DNA of 64,000 bases. Origin: Octopus vulgaris. Taxonomy: Eukaryota. A program made the translations under genes and the position numbers. Below, piece after piece: positions 56,280-64,000 of this stretch; position 1 is the first letter of the stretch; the number at the start of each line of letters is the position of its first letter. The stretch lies in contig OX597830.1 in assembly GCA_951406725.2 (NCBI GenBank), positions 74,710,001 to 74,774,000 of the forward strand. Reading direction: 5' to 3'. The notes beneath the pieces were generated by a model. The model was not told the origin of the DNA. It did not search any database and saw only the letters and a program-made list of their open reading frames with translations.

Positions 56280-56698
56280 TGTATGTATGCATGCATGTAT
56301 GTATGTATGTATGTATGTATGTGTGTATCAATGTATGCATATACGTATGAATGGAAGTCTTTATGTATGTGTATGTGTATATGTCTATGCAAACGTATTG
56401 CAAGTAAGCTTTGTATATACGCATTGTTTTTATATATTCGTATTGAACGTATTCTACATATACATGTATGTAAATCTTATATGCAGCATAAGAATGCATA
56501 TATTGTATGCAGGTTTTGTACCTATGTATTATATATTGCATATTAAATGCATGTATACACGTATATAAGTATTTATGTATTTATGTATGTATAAGGTAAT
56601 CGTTTAATTTTCTATGATACAGCATAAACTGAAAATTATAGATTTACAAGTACGAATTGAGACGTTGAATGTGAGTAAACCGCCGAGAGGAGTGGAAC

Positions 56699-56734
<36 letters not shown>

Positions 56735-56822
56735 GCCGTGTGTTAATGTGCGTGTGTGTATGCGTGTGTGTGTACGTGTTTGCACCTCAGTTTGTGGAAA
56801 CAAGTATATAATAAGATATATA

Positions 56823-56881
<59 letters not shown>

Positions 56882-57190
56882 ACGTGAAGGAATAAATAAC
56901 GAGAAGGAACAATGTTTGGAAATCTCGTAGGTACCGCATTAACGTTCTGGAATGATCCGGATCCGGCTAACCACATTGAATCATAGAGAACATACAGAAC
57001 TGTATAAGATAAACATTTACACGGTACTTCACGTAATAGGTAACTCCGGGGTTCGCTTCATTGGGTATCACACTGCCTCTATAACCAAGACATAAACAAA
57101 TGAGAAGCATACATCCTCTCTACTCTTCTTTATGATGTTTGGCATTACACACACACACACACACACATAAACACACATAAATATATATGC

Positions 57191-57276
<86 letters not shown>

Positions 57277-57301
57277 CTGTTTGTATTTTTCTACATATCT
57301 T

Positions 57302-57341
<40 letters not shown>

Positions 57342-57342
<1 letters not shown>

Positions 57343-57455
57343 CGACGGGCTTCTTTCAGTTTACCTCTACCAAATTCACTCACAGGCAGTGGGAGTGAAC
57401 CCGAGAACATGTGGCTGGTAAGCAACCTACTTACCACAAAGCCACTCCTGCGCCT
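57342..57455 (-). mobile_element. SINE family A 5' half with internal deletion
   Basis: acgacgggcttctttcagttt...caaattcactcaca|ggcagtgggagtgaaccc...gccactcctgcgcc. Confidence 0.88.
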
Positions 57456-57829
57456 TATATGTATATATATATATATATATCATGTGTGTGTGTTTGTGTC
57501 TCAGTGCAAACGCACACACACGTACACACATTATATTTACGCATATACACTCAAGCGTACTTATGTGTGTGATTCCGCGATTCTTCCTTTCTACTTTCTA
57601 CACTCTGCCGACTAAGCGCAATCATAGTCATCATCATCATCACCATCACCACCACCACCACCATCACCACCACCACCATCCACATCATCATCATCGTCAC
57701 CGTCGTCGTCAACGTCATTTTCTCTATAACAATCTGTACTGTGACTAACTATTACAGTTTCTGTTAAAGGGCTGTATCAATAACACACAGAACTAACACT
57801 ACCGCCATCATCATCACCACCATCATGGA

Positions 57830-58060
57830 CAATGTGGCTCATCAGTCTGCTAGAAAAAACAAGTAAATCACTCCAAAATCATACCATAGTGTGTTTTGAC
57901 GTGATTGAATTCTCTCCCCCTATTTTTTTTTTGTTTTTGAAATACCGGAACATTATATAATGTACTCCAGGGTACGCTATGACTGAAAAATTGCGATGGT
58001 CAAGGCTGGCATGTTTTTGGTTATGGGTTCGATCAAGGTGAAGCGAGCTGAAAAACAAAA
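57830..58060 (+). mobile_element. Repeat family C
   Basis: ctcatcagtctgctagaaa...gatggtcaaggctggcatgtttttggttatgggttcgatcaagg. Confidence 0.55.
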
Positions 58061-58103
58061 TTACTGTTTTACAACAGAAAGCACAACCATGCTCAAATCA
58101 TCT

Positions 58104-58112
58104 ATACTACTT

Positions 58113-58168
<56 letters not shown>

Positions 58169-58175
58169 GCTGCTG

Positions 58176-58263
<88 letters not shown>
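58104..58263. repeat. (CTA)n microsatellite
   Basis: About 160 bp of CTA with a short CTG interruption. Confidence 0.97.
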
Positions 58264-58381
58264 ACTTTTATCAACAGTACCAACATCGACACCATAGTCG
58301 AGCCAAAATGGGAGCCATTACGTGGTGCCATAAGATACTAGAAAGAGCAGTGAAATAACCGTAATATCACGCCTTTACGCC

Positions 58382-58412
<31 letters not shown>

Positions 58413-59139
58413 GAGAGAGAAAGAGAGAGTGAAAGAGACAGAGTGTGTGTGAGAGAGAGTGATAGATAGATCGAGAGATTGAGATTGAGAAAGAAAAAAA
58501 AGATTGATCCAGGATTCAAAGAAGACAGGGATAGTCACAGCTGGAATGTCTTTGATCATTTGTTGAATCAATCAGAGCTGGTTGGTCCTAAACAACCACA
58601 ACAACAATAACAACAACATCACTAGCTTACAATACCAATATTAACAATAACACCAATGCCACCATCGCAATAAATATCACCACCACAGCACAACCACAGA
58701 AACATTAAAAACAGTAACCCTTACAGCCAGCATCAGAACATCTACACAACCGCTTCCAAGGCAGTGATGGTAGAATGGTGACGGCCATACTGGTACCCAC
58801 ATTGAGTTCATGGTTGTAGTGGCGCTGGGGATGTTGTTTATATTGGTAATGCAGGTGGTGGTTGTGGTTGTGGTTGTGGTGGTGGTTGTGGTGGTGGTTT
58901 AGGAGATGGTGTTTGTGCGTATGTTGTTGCTGGTGGTATCGTATTTATGTTTGCATTCATGGGGGAGCTGTGGGAAAAATTTTATAGGGGCTGTGGTATT
59001 GGTGGCGGTGGGGAAATTTTTATGCTGGTGTTGATGTTGGTGCTGGGGGTAGAGATGGTAGAGCTGGTAATGGTGGTGGTGGTGCTGATGGTAATGGCAA
59101 AGGTGGCATTGTTTTCAAAGTGGTAACGGTGATGATGAC

Positions 59140-59172
<33 letters not shown>

Positions 59173-59613
59173 TTTGTGATGATGGTGAGGTCGGTGGTGT
59201 TTGTGGCGGTGAGGGTGATGGTGGTGTTTGAAGCAGTGATGGTGATGGCGTTCGTGGTCGTCATGGTGATGGTGGTGTTAGGCACAACAAACAAATAATC
59301 GATATTTCTTAGTAATGGTGGTGCCGTCTCAGTTCGATAAATTGGTTCGATTTCAGTTTTGTCGAAGTTGTTGTTTTGTTGTTGATGATGATGATGAAGA
59401 TGAAGATGCTGCTGCTGCTGCTAATGATGATGATGATGGTGATAATGATGACGATGATGATGATGATGATGATGAAGATGAAGATGATGATGATGACGAT
59501 GATGACGACGACGATGATGATCCTTTTTGCATCAGCATCGTTCACCTCATCTGATGCTTCTCTGGCGTTAATTATTATTATCATTATTATTATTTTTATT
59601 TTTATTATCATCA

Positions 59614-59699
<86 letters not shown>

Positions 59700-60109
59700 G
59701 AGAGAACAGCGCATGCCGTCTAGGAAGGATGATTGTGATGATGGTGGTGGTAGTGATGATGGTGGTTGTGTGGTGGTTGTAGTGATAATGATGATGTTGA
59801 TGATGATGGTGATGATGATGATGATGATGATGATGATAACGATGATGACGACGACGACGACGGCAACGGCAACGACAACGACAACGACGATGAAGGGGTG
59901 ATGAAAGTGGCGTGGATAATGCTTTTGATGTCGCTTTTGATGGTGACGGCGTTGATCGTGTTTGTTGGAAGCGATGTTGGCTAGCTTGGTGTTGGAGGTG
60001 GTGGAGGTCGTGGTAATCGCGGTGATTCTTTGTCGTCATGGTGATGGTAACTGGTCAGAATATTATTGTTAAGAACTTGATATGGTGACGATCATGATCA
60101 TCATCATGG

Positions 60110-60168
<59 letters not shown>

Positions 60169-60410
60169 ATTATTATTATTATTATTATGGCGATAGTGCT
60201 GGTGAGGGTAATGTTGGTTACATTTGTAAAACGTTGTATGGAGAAGTGATTTCGGTTTTAGTGGCAGTAGCGGCTGAGATTATGAGAAAAGTGGAGTTTA
60301 ATATTGCTAGTATAATGATGATGATGATGATGATGATGAGGATGATGATAGTGGTGGTGTTGGTGGTGGTGTTGATGGTGGCGTTGGTGGTAGTGGTTGT
60401 GGTGGTGGGG

Positions 60411-60442
<32 letters not shown>

Positions 60443-60595
60443 GACAATGATGAAATATGAGGTTTCTTTAGATATGATGCTGTGGTTGTACTTCCTGTTG
60501 TTCGTGACTTATACCAAATGTTGAGATTTATTACTAAAACAACTTTATAATTAAACGTGTTTCAGTCTTGTCAATCATATTGCTGTTTTATTTCC

Positions 60596-60890
<295 letters not shown>

Positions 60891-61332
60891 GAACATATGT
60901 ATATGTATATATTCTTATATATATAGATTGATATATATACATATCTAAATATATTTATGCTTTTGTACTTATCACACGTACCCGCTATACGCTTGCCAAC
61001 CTGTGTTGATTTATTTACTTCTCCTTAACTACGACAAAACATACGAAGAGAAATAACGTCAAGACGAGAAAACATTAATATCTTGATCAATGTCATCAAC
61101 CGAAACCCTTCCGACAGGTGCAGTGCAATGGCCGATGCAAATACAAGTTAAAAGATATCAGGGCTCACAAAACGTTTAGAACTCTTTCGTGTCTATAAGA
61201 TGACACTCTTTCGATTAAGGAAGATTTCATTGCTATTTCCAGGAAGACTTTTCTTCTAATAATAGCGCGACAGATGATATTAGTGTTAGTGTTGTTCAAA
61301 TTTGTGGATATTAATCGTTCTGTTAATGAAAG

Positions 61333-61533
61333 TTTCAAACTTTGACACAAGGCCAGCAGATTTTGGAGAGGTGCGAAGTCGATTACATCGACCCTAGTTT
61401 TCCACTGGTTTTTATTTTATCGACCGTGAAACGATGAAAGACAAATGTCGATCTCGGTGGAATTTGAACACAGAACGAAGCGGTGGACGAAATGCTGCCG
61501 CGTATTTTCCAGACGTGCTAACGATTCTGTCAG
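61333..61533 (-). mobile_element. SINE family B (tail type 3)
   Basis: tttcaaactttgacacaaggccagcag...gtcgattacatcgaccc...ggaatttgaacacagaacg...gtgctaacgattctgtcag. Confidence 0.88.
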
Positions 61534-62147
61534 ATAAATTCCTTTTATCATTCTGATAGCTCAGATAACTCTACGTTATCCCTGATCAATGAAGCACTAA
61601 GATTATAGAATTAAAATCCTAGCAATCCTGCATTTTTTTTTAGGAATCCTGTACCAATTAGCTTCTTTTACTGGCATCAACTTGAAGTTAGATATTGCTG
61701 CTGATAATGTTATAAGGTCGATGATGGCGATGTACTTTTAAGAATATTAAACTTTAAATATGGCGGTTCAGTTTATAAACCAGGTCGGATATATTATCGA
61801 TTACATATATTTATCGGGATATTTATTTATCTGTTTTATCTATGTCTGTAAGACTGTGATTATGTGAATCTGTGCGACTTTGAGTATCCGACTGTGTTCT
61901 GTTTATATTGAAGAGGCGTTTTATTTTTTTGTTTGTTGCTGGTGCATTACATTATTACTAAAAGGATTATTATTATTAATAGTACTGTAGACTATAGTTG
62001 AGTATACATACCTATTAACAGATGTGTGTTTATTGCACAAAATACAGTTTGTGTATATGTATATACATGACGTATATATAGATACATATGTGCATATATA
62101 TATGTACATACACACACACACACATATATGTATTTATAGTTGAAACT

Positions 62148-62335
62148 TAAAGAAAAACTAAAGACGAAGACAGGTGTATAAACAACAAGCAGGTGTATTA
62201 TTTTGACATTCGGAAAGGTGAGAAAGTTTTTTACGTTTCGAGCCTACGCTCTTCAACAGAAAGGGACACTATGAAATAAACACAGAGAGAATTTTTTAAA
62301 AAACCCCAAAAAGCTTGTGGATTTAGCGGTCAATC
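62148..62335 (-). mobile_element. Penelope-like terminal repeat fragment with minimal hammerhead-like motif (62228-62263)
   Basis: Minus strand cttt-CTGTTGA-a-GAGC-gtag-GCTC-GAAA-CGT-a-aaaa. Second copy at 37190-37355. Confidence 0.7.
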
Positions 62336-63061
62336 AGATACATACACAAATACACTTAACCACAGAAAAAACACACTAGAATAAGCACAAACGCAAACAG
62401 TATATACACAACCTCAGTTAGACACACACACATGCACACACAGACACATACATACATATACATACATACATGCTTATATATACACACATATTAGACCTTT
62501 CTATTGAAACTTTAATATTCTCCCCACCTTCTAGAACCCGGTACGCTTTCTGTTTCTTTGTAGTTGCATCAACAATGCATGCTATCCTCTGCTTCAAAAT
62601 TACACACAGTGTCACAAAGAAAGTAAGTAATTCAATGAATGACGGAAATTTAACAGCAGGCTAACTTCAATACGCCAAACGCTGGAAAAGATACGGAGAA
62701 AAAATCCCGTCAGATGCTCTCTTGATTCCGCTCACCTACAAAAATTTGTTCCCCCTTTATTGATCCCAACTGGATGAATGAAAAGAACTGAAAACGTTGG
62801 GAATATGTATATTAATACGTTTTGTGAGATTATTTATAATTAAAACCATTCAGTTGAAACCAACTGGCTGAAACAAAACTTTTCAAACACGTGCTACGCA
62901 CATGTTTCGTCGGTCAGCCATTTTGGAATGACAGTATAAATGGCTGACTTTCTGAGTTAAATTATCAATACTTAACTCGATTATTGACTATTTTTGTAAC
63001 CTAGTGTTCAACACAAACAACTACGATAACACACACAGAAAGCACTTACACACACACACAA

Positions 63062-63102
<41 letters not shown>

Positions 63103-63264
63103 CATACACACACACTTACACACTTACACACACACATGTAGATAAGCATTTATGTGTGTATATTCAGAAGTATTCGATTATAATTGTTTCTGTAGAGAGA
63201 TGTATTAACATGCGTTGATGAAGATATCTATCTGTCTGTAAGTCTGTCTCTCTTCTTCTGTTTC

Positions 63265-63358
<94 letters not shown>

Positions 63359-63465
63359 AGTATGTATATATATATGTATGTATATGTGTGTATATATCTA
63401 TGCATGTATCTTACTATTATCAATAAATATATTTATATATATATATATGTGTGTGTATAGGTATT

Positions 63466-63501
<36 letters not shown>

Positions 63502-63657
63502 TGCATGTATGTATATATCTAAGCATGTGTCTTACTATTATTAATAAATATATTTATAAATATATGCATATATATGTATACAAGTACTGTATATGCATAT
63601 AAATATCTATCTATATACCCATATGTATGTATGTGCACACACACGCGCGCGCACACA

Positions 63658-63688
<31 letters not shown>

Positions 63689-64000
63689 ATATATTCAAGT
63701 ACCGCATACAGCTACACGTGCTCAATCCTCCATTTATTTATTTTTTTATATATTTCTTCCAGTTAAAAATCTTTATTTATTTTTCTACAAAATCTCAAAA
63801 TCTCTAAAGTTTAAAACCTCATCTGTTTAATCACCGTGCTGAAAGCCGGACATTTTACCGAGGTTTTCAACCATTTATTTGATTTCATTTTTTAATCTTT
63901 TTTTTTGTTTTTGTTTTCTGTTGAGGTTATTTTATTTTGTTTATTTGTTTGTTCGTTTTGCTTTTATTTCTTCCACCGATTCTGCACTTTTATTTATGTG

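Noticed and set aside
58590-60480. Long Gly/Val/Asp-rich coding-like region
   Set aside because: It is a mosaic of degenerate GGT/GAT/ATT repeats with frequent stops and frame changes.

Overview
AT-rich eukaryotic DNA made almost entirely of microsatellites ((TA)n, (CA)n, (TACA)n, (GATA)n, (AAT)n, (GAT)n, (TAC)n) and short retroposons. The repeat families look like those of an octopus/coleoid cephalopod genome (inference from SINE structure, not from a database search). Nearly every ORF in the track is translated microsatellite or SINE sequence. Supported elements: (1) two abundant tRNA-headed SINE families, A (CORE-like segment, internal microsatellite) and B (Meta-domain-like, several alternative 3' tails), plus two rarer V-domain-like SINEs; (2) a decayed 3' end of an R4/Dong-type non-LTR retrotransposon next to (AAT)n; (3) a U6 snRNA pseudogene lying 6 bp upstream of a full SINE; (4) several minimal hammerhead-ribozyme motifs of Penelope type, the best in a head-to-head inverted element with a tRNA-like Pol III promoter in its loop; (5) a perfect 119-bp palindrome, a ~30-bp minisatellite and a 209-bp tandem duplication; (6) two phase-compatible candidate minus-strand exons of an unidentified gene (42050-42008 and 40980-40880). 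Family labels A-F are local to this report. Boundaries of degenerate repeats are approximate.
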